This document shows positions 35,357 to 45,455 of a stretch of 64,000 nucleotides of DNA, one piece after another. The DNA lies in the NCBI GenBank assembly GCA_964458185.1, contig CAYWFG010000008.1, positions 2,843 to 66,842 of the forward strand. The letters run 5' to 3'. The notes beneath the pieces were generated by a model, which saw only the letters and a list, made by a program, of their open reading frames with translations, ran no database searches and had not been told where the DNA came from. The DNA is from an uncultured Zetaproteobacteria bacterium (lineage in GTDB: Bacteria; Pseudomonadota; Zetaproteobacteria; Mariprofundales; Mariprofundaceae). A program made the translations under genes and the position numbers. Within the stretch, counting starts at the first letter, position 1. Each line of letters begins with the position of its first letter.

Positions 35357-35953
35357 ATGGCACAAGATTCATGGTTACGGCGCGTCTACCACTGGACGTT
35401 GGCTTGGGCGGATCATCCACAAGCGCGTTGGGCATTGTTTTTTATTGCCTTGATTGAAGCCAGCGTGTTTCCTATTCCACCTGATGTCTTATTATTGGCA
35501 TTGGCTTTAGGTCGCCCTGATTTATCGCTTCGCTTTGCAGCCGTGGCAACGGCTGGCTCAACCATCGGTGCGGCAGTAGGCTATGGTATTGGCATGCTGC
35601 TCTTGGTTAGCGTTGGCATTCCTGTATTAACATTTTTTGGCGCAATGCCACAATTTGAGCATGTGCAAACCCTGTTTCAAGATTATGGCGTGGTGTTGGT
35701 GTTGATTGCAGGTTTTTCCCCCATACCGTTCAAAGTCATTACCATTGCCGCTGGGGCCTTTGGGCTTTCTTTTTGGCTGTTTATTATAGCTGCATTATGT
35801 TCACGTGGCGCACGGTTTTACCTAGAAGGAATTGTAATGCGCTGGGGTGGCAAACGTTTGCGCGGTTGGGTAGAGAGGTATTTTGAATGGATAACTGCAT
35901 CGGTGGTAATACTGATCGTGGCTGGCTTTGCGATGTTATGGTTCATTCGTTAA
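35357..35953 (+). CDS. yqaA: YqaA-family (DedA-related) inner membrane protein
   Basis: ALIEASVFPIPPDVLL motif and multiple TM helices. The ATG at 35357 follows the pcm stop. Confidence 0.65.
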   Translation: MAQDSWLRRVYHWTLAWADHPQARWALFFIALIEASVFPIPPDVLLLALALGRPDLSLRFAAVATAGSTIGAAVGYGIGMLLLVSVGIPVLTFFGAMPQFEHVQTLFQDYGVVLVLIAGFSPIPFKVITIAAGAFGLSFWLFIIAALCSRGARFYLEGIVMRWGGKRLRGWVERYFEWITASVVILIVAGFAMLWFIR

Positions 35954-35955
35954 GC

Positions 35956-37650
35956 ATGATTGCCATGCTTGCTCTGGTATGGCTGTTACCTGTCATTGCG
36001 CACGCGGCTGACGCAGGGCCAGTTGTGTATTCACCGCATGTTTACCGTGATACACCTGCCACCAATTACCAATACAGAGAACCCAACAATAACAAAGCCC
36101 AATCCGCAGTGCGGCATTATTACCGTGTGCAAGCAGGCGATACTGTTGGTCGGATTGCTAGGCGTTTAAAGATAAAGAAATCACTGTTGATACAGCGTAA
36201 TGGTCTACGTCCACCTTATAGGATACGTGCTGGACAACGCCTTTGTATTAACGCGACATGTGCCAAACAGTCGATAGTTAGTAAAGGGCAATACTATAAA
36301 GTGCGTAAAGGCGATACCATCGAAGGCATTGCTGCACGTCTTCGATTAAAGCCTTTGCTGTTGATTGAACGCAATCATTTGCATTACCCTTATACTTTAA
36401 AAATAGGGCAACGATTATGCATCAATGCCAAACAGTCATGCACACAAGTAAAAAAATATCATCATAAAGATTATTATTATGTTCGCAAAGGCGATACGGT
36501 CGAACGCATTGCACGTAAATTACATCTCAAACAAGCATGGATAATCAAGCGTAACACGTTAAAGCCGCCCTATGTACTAAAACGTGGGCAACGCCTTTGC
36601 GTAAGCAAAACACACCATTGCAACCACCCAAAAACACCACCAAAATCTGTTTATCAATACCATGTAAGAGCAGGTGATACCTTGGGGCGTATTGCCATTA
36701 AACATGGTGTTTCACTTAAAAAACTAGCGCAGTGGAACGGCTTATCTTCACCCTATACTATTTTTGTTGGGCAAGAACTTTCGCTGCATAAAAATAGCAA
36801 AAAAAAGAATCATCAAGCAAAAAGTTTACCACCAGGTACGGTTTCTTTACCCAATACCGAATACACAGTCCGACGGTATGAAACCTTGGATTATTTATCC
36901 AATCGTTTTTCTATCGCTCAAAAACAAATTATTGCATTAAATCACCTCAAGAAACCCTACACATTAAAACAAGGGCAGGTGTTATGTTTAAATAATCCAG
37001 CGCCTTGCAGAAGTACCGTACACATTGTTGCCCCCAAAGAAACACTGGCACTTATTGCCCAGCGTTATAAGCTTAGTATTGATAGTTTGCGACAATTAAA
37101 TCTGTTAAAGCCACCGTATGAGGTATTTCCTAGTCAACGTATTTGCTTGCTAAAGCCGTACCCGTGTATTGGCGCGCATCGCGTCAATAAACTGGATAAA
37201 AATTGGATGCCTCGGCTCGAATGGCCGTTAAGCAATGATCACCGTATTGTCACGCCTTTTGGGCGACATGGTGGACGCATGCATGATGGCATTGATATTC
37301 AAGCAATCAAAGGAACGCCTGTCTATGCTGCTGCTGATGGTCGAGTGATTTTTGCAGGGGCAAAGCTTGGTAAGCCGAACCCCAAGAAAAAGAAAGCTTT
37401 AAAGTCTGCTTATGGAAAAATGGTGGTTATTGAGCACCCCAATCATATTTTTACTATTTATGCCCACAACAGCACCATTTATGCAAGGCATAACAGGCAA
37501 GTAAAACAAGGTGATATCATTGCCCTTTCAGGCGATACAGGACGAGTGGATATGCCCCAATTACATTTTGAACTACGCAAAGGGAAAAAAGCGATCAACC
37601 CCTTAGAATATTTACCCCAACGAGCCGTGATTATTGATTATGAAAAATAA
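35956..37650 (+). CDS. nlpD: NlpD-like murein hydrolase activator: six LysM repeats plus a degenerate M23 domain
   Basis: Signal peptide MIAMLALVWLLPVIAHA. Six Y-x-V-x-x-GDT/ET LysM units. M23 domain has HDGID but QLHFE in place of HxH. pcm-nlpD order is conserved. The start could also be at 35938. Confidence 0.75.
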   Translation: MIAMLALVWLLPVIAHAADAGPVVYSPHVYRDTPATNYQYREPNNNKAQSAVRHYYRVQAGDTVGRIARRLKIKKSLLIQRNGLRPPYRIRAGQRLCINATCAKQSIVSKGQYYKVRKGDTIEGIAARLRLKPLLLIERNHLHYPYTLKIGQRLCINAKQSCTQVKKYHHKDYYYVRKGDTVERIARKLHLKQAWIIKRNTLKPPYVLKRGQRLCVSKTHHCNHPKTPPKSVYQYHVRAGDTLGRIAIKHGVSLKKLAQWNGLSSPYTIFVGQELSLHKNSKKKNHQAKSLPPGTVSLPNTEYTVRRYETLDYLSNRFSIAQKQIIALNHLKKPYTLKQGQVLCLNNPAPCRSTVHIVAPKETLALIAQRYKLSIDSLRQLNLLKPPYEVFPSQRICLLKPYPCIGAHRVNKLDKNWMPRLEWPLSNDHRIVTPFGRHGGRMHDGIDIQAIKGTPVYAAADGRVIFAGAKLGKPNPKKKKALKSAYGKMVVIEHPNHIFTIYAHNSTIYARHNRQVKQGDIIALSGDTGRVDMPQLHFELRKGKKAINPLEYLPQRAVIIDYEK

Positions 37651-38170
37651 AAACCAACACCCCACCCTAGCAGCATGCATTCGAGATATTCCCGACTTCC
37701 CTAAAAAAGGAATCATCTTTAAAGACATCACGCCATTACTTGCCAATGCAACGGCATTTCATGATTCCATCGTTGCTTTGGCAACCAACTTACCCAAAGA
37801 AACAGATTTTATCGTTGGCATGGAATCCCGTGGTTTTTTGTTTGGCGCAGCACTTGCCATGCATACAGGACTGGGGTTTATCCCCATACGAAAACCTGGG
37901 AAATTACCCCATGATGTACATAGCATTGAATATGAATTGGAATATGGTGTTGATCAATTAGAAGTGCATCAAGATGCCTTGGCAGATCATCACAATGTTG
38001 TCATCGTTGATGATTTGTTGGCAACAGGCGGTACGGCAGCAGCCACATTGGCGCTCATTAGAAAACTGGGTGCTAACCCCATTGCCGCACTATTTGTGAT
38101 TGAATTAGATTTTTTACAAGGGCGAGAACGGTTGGTGGATGTGCCAGTTTATAGCCTGTTACATTATTGA
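37634..38170 (+). CDS. apt: adenine phosphoribosyltransferase
   Basis: DFPKKGIIFKDITPLL and VVIVDDLLATGGTA PRPP motif. Confidence 0.9.
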   Translation: MIMKNKNQHPTLAACIRDIPDFPKKGIIFKDITPLLANATAFHDSIVALATNLPKETDFIVGMESRGFLFGAALAMHTGLGFIPIRKPGKLPHDVHSIEYELEYGVDQLEVHQDALADHHNVVIVDDLLATGGTAAATLALIRKLGANPIAALFVIELDFLQGRERLVDVPVYSLLHY

Positions 38171-38193
38171 TTGATATTTTGCTAACACACCAC

Positions 38194-38688
38194 TTACTTT
38201 TCGCTAACACTCTTACCGCGTCGATCTTCTGATTTGCTTTTTTTGCATTCATCAGGGCGTAATTGGGTTGCCATTTTATCTAACACACCATTGATAAAGC
38301 CTCTGGCTGTTTCGCCTGAATAATCACGCGCCAATTCCAATGCCTCATTGATAATTACCCGATAAGGAATCTCTAAACGGTGTTGCAACTCCCACAATGC
38401 CATGCGAAGGATATTTAGCTCCAACATAGCAATGCTGCGTAAACTTCGTTTAATCAAAGGCTCAAGCGTCGCATCCAATACTGCACGCTCTTGCGTGATA
38501 AATGCAATGGCTTCACGCAGATAAGTTTCGTCTTGCTGCTTGCGTTCCATTTGGTTGAGTCGATCATTGATATGCACGGGCAAATCAGCCATGTCAAAAG
38601 CACCGCTTTGCCATGCATAAAGCACCTCAAGTATTGACTCTCGTGCCTGATGACGGTTCACACCAGTATGTTTTTTATGTTTGCCCAT
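38194..38688 (-). CDS. nusB: transcription antitermination factor NusB
   Basis: RHQARESILEVLYAWQ start. Conserved ribH-nusB order. Confidence 0.85.
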   Translation of the reverse strand: MGKHKKHTGVNRHQARESILEVLYAWQSGAFDMADLPVHINDRLNQMERKQQDETYLREAIAFITQERAVLDATLEPLIKRSLRSIAMLELNILRMALWELQHRLEIPYRVIINEALELARDYSGETARGFINGVLDKMATQLRPDECKKSKSEDRRGKSVSEK

Positions 38689-39163
38689 CAGTTAAATCCT
38701 TCAATGCTGAAGCAACCACAATCGCTGTTAACGCTGCTTCTTCGCCTTTGTGACCATGAACGCCACCAATACGTTCTTGCGCTTGTGCCAATGTGTCTAC
38801 GGTCAAGACACCATTTCCCACACCAACATCACCACGCTGCGCCACTATACCGATGGCATCCATTGCACCTTGGCATACATAGTCAAAATGCGCTGTATCA
38901 CCACGAATCACACAACCTAAACAAACAATGGCATCAAATCTCCCGCTTTTTGCCATTGCCATGGCAATAGTACCGATTTCAAAAGCACCGGGGACATAAA
39001 CAACTGTCAGGCTTTCATTATTACAGCCATGCTCGCGCAAGGCTGTTTGCGCACCAAGCAATAAAGCATCAGTAACGACAGCGTTAAAACGACTCACCAC
39101 AATGCCTACATGCATGCCTTTAGCATTGACTGTACCACTTAAGTGAGGTGCATCAAGACTCAT
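38675..39163 (-). CDS. ribH: 6,7-dimethyl-8-ribityllumazine synthase
   Basis: VGIVVSRFN...VPGAFEI...GCVIRGDTAHFDYV motifs. Confidence 0.9.
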   Translation of the reverse strand: MSLDAPHLSGTVNAKGMHVGIVVSRFNAVVTDALLLGAQTALREHGCNNESLTVVYVPGAFEIGTIAMAMAKSGRFDAIVCLGCVIRGDTAHFDYVCQGAMDAIGIVAQRGDVGVGNGVLTVDTLAQAQERIGGVHGHKGEEAALTAIVVASALKDLTDGQT

Positions 39164-40373
39164 TGACTGTATCCTTCATGGTTAACATGTGACCCATTTT
39201 ATTTTTTTTTGTTTGTAAATATTCAATATTATCGGCATGGGCTATGGTTTGCAATTGCACGCGCTCAACCACTTCTAAGCCATAACCATCAAGCGCAACA
39301 ATCTTTTTAGGGTTATTGGTCAGCAAGCGTAATTGACGTACACCAATATCACGCAAAATTTGTGCGCCTATGCCATAATCTCTCAAATCAGCTTTAAAGC
39401 CTAGTTTATGATTAGCTTCTACCGTATCATGACCTTCATCTTGCAACTGATAAGCACGCAGCTTATTGAGTAAACCAATGCCGCGTCCTTCTTGCCGAAG
39501 GTACAAAACAACGCCCTCCCCTACTGCTGCAATCTGCCGCATGGCAGCATGCAATTGTGAGCCACAATCACAACGGCGAGAAGTGAAAACATCGCCCGTT
39601 AAACACTCTGAATGAACACGCACCAAACAAGGCGCATCTTCTTTTGGCTCACCCATGATCAACGCTACATGTTCAGCTTGGTCAATCATATTGCTATAAC
39701 CTATCATGGTAAATTCGCCAAATTCTGTTGGTAATCGTACCGACACTTCATTTTTTACCAAAGAATCATACTGCAAACGATGGCGAATAATATCAGCGAT
39801 AGAGCCTACTTTTAGGTTATGTTTGCGCGCAAATCTTTTCAACTCTGGCATACGTGCCATGGTACCATCATCATTCATAATTTCACAAATCACACCACTG
39901 GGATGTAATTTTGCCATGCGGGCTAAATCCACACTTGCCTCGGTATGACCCGCACGAACCAACAAGCCGCCAGCCTGACTGATCAAAGGAAAAACATGCC
40001 CTGGCGTATGAATATCATCTGCTTTTACCGATGGATGAATGGCTGTGCGAATCGTATGCGCCCGATCATAGGCAGAAATCCCCGTCGTCACGCCTTCAGC
40101 CGCTTCTATAGACACCGTGAAATTGGTTTTAAATTTGGCATTGGTGTTGGCAACCATGAGACCCAGATTCATACGGTCGGCCTGCTCTTTTTCCATGGCA
40201 AGGCAAATTAAACCACGACCATGGGTAGCCATGAAGTTGATGGCTTCAGGTGTTACCCATTCAGCCGCCATCACCAAATCACCTTCATTTTCTCGTTCTT
40301 CATCATCTGCCAAAATAATCATTCGACCACAACGAAGTTCTTCTAATAACTCTTCACAAGATGCTAAACCCAT
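39153..40373 (-). CDS. ribBA: bifunctional 3,4-dihydroxy-2-butanone-4-phosphate synthase / GTP cyclohydrolase II
   Basis: [16 protein letters not shown] (RibB) and [13 protein letters not shown]...CDCG (RibA), 406 aa. Confidence 0.9.
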   Translation of the reverse strand: MGLASCEELLEELRCGRMIILADDEERENEGDLVMAAEWVTPEAINFMATHGRGLICLAMEKEQADRMNLGLMVANTNAKFKTNFTVSIEAAEGVTTGISAYDRAHTIRTAIHPSVKADDIHTPGHVFPLISQAGGLLVRAGHTEASVDLARMAKLHPSGVICEIMNDDGTMARMPELKRFARKHNLKVGSIADIIRHRLQYDSLVKNEVSVRLPTEFGEFTMIGYSNMIDQAEHVALIMGEPKEDAPCLVRVHSECLTGDVFTSRRCDCGSQLHAAMRQIAAVGEGVVLYLRQEGRGIGLLNKLRAYQLQDEGHDTVEANHKLGFKADLRDYGIGAQILRDIGVRQLRLLTNNPKKIVALDGYGLEVVERVQLQTIAHADNIEYLQTKKNKMGHMLTMKDTVNES

Positions 40374-40520
40374 GTTTTATGCTCCGATATTGCCATGATA
40401 ATATATTTCAATGTTCATACCATGCTCCTGCATATTGCCAACAGACAATCATAAGTCAATCATGTTAGGCTACGCTGATATTAGAGGGTGGTACTGCATT
40501 CTTTAGGAGATAAATTCAAC

Positions 40521-40862
40521 ATGCATGAGATGTCACTTTGCGAGTCAATCATCAATACAGTCACCGAGCAAGCATCCCTTCATGCTTATGAACAAGTGCT
40601 ATCTATTCATTTAGAGGTTGGTTCACTTTCTTGTATTGAAACTAAAGCGATGTATTTTTCTTTTACGGCTGTCGCAAGCGGCACGATTGCTGATGGTGCG
40701 GTGCTTTGCATCCACCCTGTAAGTGCGATAGCTTGGTGCGAATCATGCGTTATGGAAGTCGCCATCACTCAACGTTACGATGCTTGCCCCCAATGTGGCT
40801 TTTACCCGCTGGATATTCAACAAGGCGATACCATGCGAATCAAAGACATAGAGGTCATATAA
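40521..40862 (+). CDS. hypA: hydrogenase/urease nickel-insertion metallochaperone HypA
   Basis: MHEMSLCESI N-terminal Ni motif and zinc site CESC...CPQCG. AGGAGA Shine-Dalgarno before ATG 40521. Confidence 0.8.
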   Translation: MHEMSLCESIINTVTEQASLHAYEQVLSIHLEVGSLSCIETKAMYFSFTAVASGTIADGAVLCIHPVSAIAWCESCVMEVAITQRYDACPQCGFYPLDIQQGDTMRIKDIEVI

Positions 40863-40924
40863 TGATTACAGACTCTTTATAGACAAGTCCCCTTGATCAC
40901 TCAAAGGGACTTATGCCGATCAAG

Positions 40925-41257
40925 CTATTTAGCAACGGCGGGTTCTTTTGCTTTGAGAACTGGCTTGGTTGCTGTGGAGAGTACGCCAAAAAGATCTTGA
41001 ATGTTGATTAACTTTTTTTCACCAACGCCTTTCACTGCCAATAATGCATCCATTCTTTTGATTTGACCATTTTTCTCACGAAAGCTAACAATAGCTGCTG
41101 CCGTTTTTTCACCAATGCCTTTGACCTCGGTGAGCTGTGTTGCAGTTGCCGTATTAATATCTTTAATATCAGCTGCTTGCAGCATGCCTGTATATGATAA
41201 CAATAGCATGGACAATATGATAAACAAACCTTGTTTTATCGGTGATTTTATTTGCAT
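40925..41257 (-). CDS. comEA: ComEA-family helix-hairpin-helix DNA-binding protein
   Basis: Signal peptide plus INTATATQLTEVKGIGEKTAAAIV...LLAVKGVGEKK tandem HhH. Confidence 0.8.
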   Translation of the reverse strand: MQIKSPIKQGLFIILSMLLLSYTGMLQAADIKDINTATATQLTEVKGIGEKTAAAIVSFREKNGQIKRMDALLAVKGVGEKKLINIQDLFGVLSTATKPVLKAKEPAVAK

Positions 41258-41380
41258 GAACTATCTCCTTGTAGGTAATAACAACACAAACCAAATGTTC
41301 AAACACCAATGGCTTGCTTGATGGAAACCATAAGTTGATAAAAGACTATTAGCAAGTATCGGCAATGTTCTCTCTAAAGC

Positions 41381-41410
41381 AAACAAAAAATGCCGCGCAA
41401 AAGCGCAGCA
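41381..41410 (-). terminator. rho-independent terminator after rplQ
   Basis: On the minus strand, TGCTGCGC-TTTT-GCGCGGCA followed by TTTTTTGTTT. Confidence 0.7.
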
Positions 41411-41435
41411 TTTTTTATACAAAAGAAGTTAAAAA

Positions 41436-41825
41436 CTATTCAACAAGTTCCGCTTCTACGGCTTGCTCAACATAATCAACCAAGGCAATAACAGCCATTG
41501 GTGCTGCATCACCCACACGAAACCCTGTTTTGGTCATGCGTGTGTAACCACCTGTACGCTCAGTAAAAAGCGGGGCAACATCATGAAATAAAAAGTCAAC
41601 CACTTTACGATGGCGCAATTTAGACAATGCCTGCCGTCTGGCATGCAAATCACCACGTTTTGCCAACGTCACCATTTTTTCCACATAAGGGCGAACCGCA
41701 CGTGCTTTGGCTTCTGTGGTTTTGATACTGCCATGCATGATCACTTCACCAGCGAGATTAGACAACAATGCACGACGGTGACCTGATGGTCTACCAAGCG
41801 CACCACGGTGTTTACGATGTCTCAT
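41436..41825 (-). CDS. rplQ: 50S ribosomal protein L17
   Basis: MRHRKHRGALGRPSGHRRALLSNL. Last gene of the alpha operon. Confidence 0.95.
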   Translation of the reverse strand: MRHRKHRGALGRPSGHRRALLSNLAGEVIMHGSIKTTEAKARAVRPYVEKMVTLAKRGDLHARRQALSKLRHRKVVDFLFHDVAPLFTERTGGYTRMTKTGFRVGDAAPMAVIALVDYVEQAVEAELVE

Positions 41826-41873
41826 GATATCTTCCTTTTTTCAACAGACCTGCATCCAATACAGGCATCATTT

Positions 41874-42857
41874 TTATTCAGTTTCAACAACAGTAGATTC
41901 TGGGTCAGGCTTCCAGTCACCCAGATCCATACCCAAGCTCAAGCCCAATGTTTCCAATACGATCATAATTTCATTCAATGATTTACGCCCAAAGTTAGGG
42001 GTACGAAGCATTTCTTGCTCACTGCGCTGAACCAAATCACCTACACGAAATACATCGTCACTCTTCAAACAATTCATTGAGCGAACAGAAAGATCTAAAT
42101 GATCAATCGGCTGACTTAAAATATCTTCAATGCGTTCTTCAATGACATCTTCAACTTCTTCTGCAACAATACAATCAAAGTCAGAGAAAACATCCAATTG
42201 CTCTTGAATAATTTTAGCTGCTTCACTTACCGCTGATTCAGGAGAAATACCACCATTAGTTTCAACTTCCAAAATCAACTTATCATAATTTGTTTTTTGA
42301 CTGATCCTTGCATTATCCACACGAGTAGAAACACGGCGAACAGGAGAAAAAGAAGCATCTAACAATAAAAAACCTAAAGGTCGATCGTCATCACTGCGTT
42401 CATTGGCAGGGTCATAACCACGACCATTTTCAATAATCGCTTCAAACTTAAATACAGCATCTTGGTTCAGATGCGCAAGAACCAATTCAGGGTTCAATAC
42501 ACGAACACCAGCAGGGCATTGAATATCACCAGCAGTCACAACTGCAGGGCCTTCAATATCCACCACTATATTTGCGATTCCTTCGGTGTTTTCAATCAGA
42601 ACATCCAGTTCTTTAAGCGTTAACATCATATCCATGACATCTTCACGAACGCCCTTGATGGTATCAAATTCATGCTGTACACCATCAAATTTCACAGAAG
42701 TGACCGCAGCCCCAACCATAGATGACAACAACATACGACGAAGCGCATTGCCCAACGATGTACCATACCCACGTTCAAGTGGCTCAAATGTAATTTTTGA
42801 AAAACGACCTGGAATAATCTCTTCTATATCAATAGAACGAGGCTTGATTAAGTCCAT
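41874..42857 (-). CDS. rpoA: DNA-directed RNA polymerase subunit alpha
   Basis: 327 aa, with NTD (GTSLGNALRRMLLSS) and CTD. Confidence 0.95.
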   Translation of the reverse strand: MDLIKPRSIDIEEIIPGRFSKITFEPLERGYGTSLGNALRRMLLSSMVGAAVTSVKFDGVQHEFDTIKGVREDVMDMMLTLKELDVLIENTEGIANIVVDIEGPAVVTAGDIQCPAGVRVLNPELVLAHLNQDAVFKFEAIIENGRGYDPANERSDDDRPLGFLLLDASFSPVRRVSTRVDNARISQKTNYDKLILEVETNGGISPESAVSEAAKIIQEQLDVFSDFDCIVAEEVEDVIEERIEDILSQPIDHLDLSVRSMNCLKSDDVFRVGDLVQRSEQEMLRTPNFGRKSLNEIMIVLETLGLSLGMDLGDWKPDPESTVVETE

Positions 42858-42977
42858 TCAATGCACTCCAAAAAACTTTGTGAAAGCGTAAACCTTCAAT
42901 CATTATCTTCAATAGAATGATCAAACATTTACTTAACCGAGTAAAAAAGAAGAAGTCACCCAAAGGTGACTGCTTAT

Positions 42978-43607
42978 TTATTTTGAATACAACTCAACAA
43001 CAAGCTGCTCACGAATTGATGGATCCAATTGCTCTCGCACTGGCATCTCACGAAAAACACCTTTTAATGTTTGCAAGTCCATATCCAACCATTCAGAAAG
43101 ACCACGCTGTCCTGCGGCTTCAGCCGAAGCTTTTACCCGCAAATGCTCTTTCGCTTTGCTGATAACTTCAATCTCATCACCCACTGCTACACGGTAAGAA
43201 GGGATGTTAGCAACACGCCCATTCACAGTGATATGCTTGTGACGAACGATTTGACGTGCTTCAGTGCGCGATGTTGCAAGACCCATGCGATAAACGACAT
43301 TATCTAAACGTGACTCTAGCAATTGCAGCAGGTTTAAACCCGTAATACCGCTCAAGCGATCTGCATCTTTAAAGTAACGCAAAAATTGCTTTTCTTGCAG
43401 ACCATAGATCCGTTTTACTTTCTGCTTTTCACGCAACTGTAAACCGTAATCGGAAACTTTTGAACGACGACCTTGACCATGCATACCTGGTGCAAAGGGT
43501 CTACGTTCAATAGGACACTTGTTAGAATAACATTTGCTACCCTTCAAGTATAAACGATCACCTTCGCGGCGACATAAACGACATTTAGCCTCTAAATAAC
43601 GTGCCAT
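42978..43607 (-). CDS. rpsD: 30S ribosomal protein S4 (Cys4 zinc-finger form)
   Basis: Start trimmed to MARYLEAKCRLCRREG (ATG 43607), 209 aa. Confidence 0.95.
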   Translation of the reverse strand: MARYLEAKCRLCRREGDRLYLKGSKCYSNKCPIERRPFAPGMHGQGRRSKVSDYGLQLREKQKVKRIYGLQEKQFLRYFKDADRLSGITGLNLLQLLESRLDNVVYRMGLATSRTEARQIVRHKHITVNGRVANIPSYRVAVGDEIEVISKAKEHLRVKASAEAAGQRGLSEWLDMDLQTLKGVFREMPVREQLDPSIREQLVVELYSK

Positions 43608-43620
43608 AAACCAACGACTC

Positions 43621-44004
43621 CTAAACTCGACGCCGTTTTGGAGGACGGCAACCATTATGTGGGATTGGGGTTACATCACGAATGGCGGTTACATTCAATC
43701 CAACAGCCGCAATCGCTCTCAATGCAGATTCACGACCAGAACCTGGGCCACGAAGCAGCACAGACACATTTTTTACGCCATGATCAATAGCCTTTTGGGA
43801 AGCTTCTTCTGCCGCAACCTGCGCTGCAAAAGGGGTGCTTTTACGCGACCCACGAAAGTTGGTGCCACTCGTTGCCCAACAAATCGCATTGCCCGACTCA
43901 TCGGTGAATGTAATAATTGTATTATTAAACGAAGCACGGATATGCGCAACAGCGTTGGCAATATTTTTCCGTACTTTTTTCTTACCTGTTCTAGGTGCAG
44001 CCAT
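43621..44004 (-). CDS. rpsK: 30S ribosomal protein S11
   Basis: [16 protein letters not shown] signature. Confidence 0.95.
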   Translation of the reverse strand: MAAPRTGKKKVRKNIANAVAHIRASFNNTIITFTDESGNAICWATSGTNFRGSRKSTPFAAQVAAEEASQKAIDHGVKNVSVLLRGPGSGRESALRAIAAVGLNVTAIRDVTPIPHNGCRPPKRRRV

Positions 44005-44023
44005 AATTTTCTCTCAGACCTGC

Positions 44024-44389
44024 TTATTTCTTTTTGCCAGCAACAGTACGACGCGGCCCTTTTCTGGTACGGGCATTAGTCTTACTGCGCTGTCCACGAA
44101 CTGGTAAACCACGGCGATGACGCAAGCCACGGTAGCAACCAAGATCAGTCAAACGCTTAATATTCAGCGTTACTTCACGGCGCAAATCACCTTCAACCGT
44201 AAATGCTTCTACAGCACCACGAATACTGGTAACTTCAGCCTCACTAAGATCTTTTACTCGAGCACTGGGATCAATCCCAGCCTCCTGAAGAATTTTAGTG
44301 GAACTGGACGAACCAATGCCATAAATATAAGTAAGAGCTACTACTACGCGCTTTTGCGTAGGAATATTTACTCCAGAAATACGAGCCAA
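44024..44389 (-). CDS. rpsM: 30S ribosomal protein S13
   Basis: [15 protein letters not shown]. Confidence 0.95.
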   Translation of the reverse strand: MARISGVNIPTQKRVVVALTYIYGIGSSSSTKILQEAGIDPSARVKDLSEAEVTSIRGAVEAFTVEGDLRREVTLNIKRLTDLGCYRGLRHRRGLPVRGQRSKTNARTRKGPRRTVAGKKK

Positions 44390-44422
44390 ACCATGCCTCC
44401 TGTTACAGTGCCGCAGCCATCA

Positions 44423-44536
44423 TCAGCCTTGACGCTGCTTGTGACGTGGGTTTTCGCAGATAACGCGTACAACACCTTTACGGCGAATGACACGACATTT
44501 ACTGCATATTTTTTTTACTGATGCCTGAACTTTCAT
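44423..44536 (-). CDS. rpmJ: 50S ribosomal protein L36 (zinc form); absent from the ORF track
   Basis: Hand translation gives [37 protein letters not shown]. Confidence 0.9.
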   Translation of the reverse strand: MKVQASVKKICSKCRVIRRKGVVRVICENPRHKQRQG

Positions 44537-44571
44537 TATCAACCTCTAAGAAAGACCCTAATCAATAAAGA

Positions 44572-44790
44572 TTATTTAGCGCGGTAGCTAATGCGTCCGC
44601 GACTTAGATCATACGGAGAAATTTCCACCGTTACTTTATCACCAGGTAAGATACGAATATAATACTTGCGCATTTTACCTGAAATAGTACATAACAACTC
44701 ATGGTCATTTTCCAATTTTACTTTGAACATCGCATTGGGAAGTTTTTCTACAACTTCACCAGCCATCTCAATAATATCTTCTTTCGCCAT
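44572..44790 (-). CDS. infA: translation initiation factor IF-1
   Basis: 72 aa, [28 protein letters not shown]. Confidence 0.95.
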   Translation of the reverse strand: MAKEDIIEMAGEVVEKLPNAMFKVKLENDHELLCTISGKMRKYYIRILPGDKVTVEISPYDLSRGRISYRAK

Positions 44791-44808
44791 ATCACCTACC
44801 CTTAGTTA

Positions 44809-45453
44809 TTATTTGCCAAGAGCTTGCACAAGCCGCGAGTAAATATCATCAAGATTACCTTCAGCATCTACGCTACGAAAAAGATCAGAGTTCGCATAAT
44901 AATCAAGCAATGGTGCTGTTTGAGTACCATATACTTTTAAACGCGATCCAATCACTTCTTCACGATCATCATCACGCTGATAAAGCGAACTTCCACAACG
45001 ATCACAGCACCCTTCTTTTTCGGGCGGCGAATAATGCCGATGAAATCCAAAACCGCAAGCAGAACATATTAATCGACCCGATAAACGATTGATCAAAACT
45101 GTTTCTTCTGCTTCCATAAAAACAACACGATCAATCACAATACCATGCTCAGCAAGCATTTTAGACAAAGCCTCTGCCTGCGCTACATTGCGCGGGAAAC
45201 CGTCTAAAACAAAGCCTTTTACCGCATCATTAGCAGAAATACGTGACTCAATCATACCAATAACAACGGCATCAGGAACCAACTCGCCAGCATCCATAAA
45301 TGCTTTAGCTTTCAGCCCCAGTTCACTACTAGATTTCACCTCAGAGCGCAATAAGTCACCCATCGCAATGACCAATAAACCATACGCTTCAGATAAACGT
45401 ATACCTTGCGTTCCTTTACCAACCCCTGGAGGACCAAATAAAATCACATTCAT
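44809..45453 (-). CDS. adk: adenylate kinase (Cys4 zinc-lid type)
   Basis: GPPGVGKGTQ P-loop. Lid is CSACG...CCDRCG. Confidence 0.95.
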   Translation of the reverse strand: MNVILFGPPGVGKGTQGIRLSEAYGLLVIAMGDLLRSEVKSSSELGLKAKAFMDAGELVPDAVVIGMIESRISANDAVKGFVLDGFPRNVAQAEALSKMLAEHGIVIDRVVFMEAEETVLINRLSGRLICSACGFGFHRHYSPPEKEGCCDRCGSSLYQRDDDREEVIGSRLKVYGTQTAPLLDYYANSDLFRSVDAEGNLDDIYSRLVQALGK

Positions 45454-45455
45454 GG

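Noticed and set aside
36100-37150. Periodic repeats that might suggest a CRISPR-like or tandem DNA repeat
   Set aside because: They are in-frame LysM protein repeats of nlpD with diverged DNA. The same applies to the two HMBD repeats in cusB (30954-31190). No CRISPR array is present in the window.
40374-40520. An FMN (RFN) riboswitch expected upstream of ribBA
   Set aside because: The 147-nt divergent region shows none of the conserved RFN blocks I remember and is too short for the element.
40885-40912. Hairpin between the convergent hypA and comEA genes as a bidirectional terminator
   Set aside because: The stem has a bulge or mismatch (AAGTCCCCTT / AAAGGGACTT) and no U-tract on either strand. 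It is too weak to annotate.
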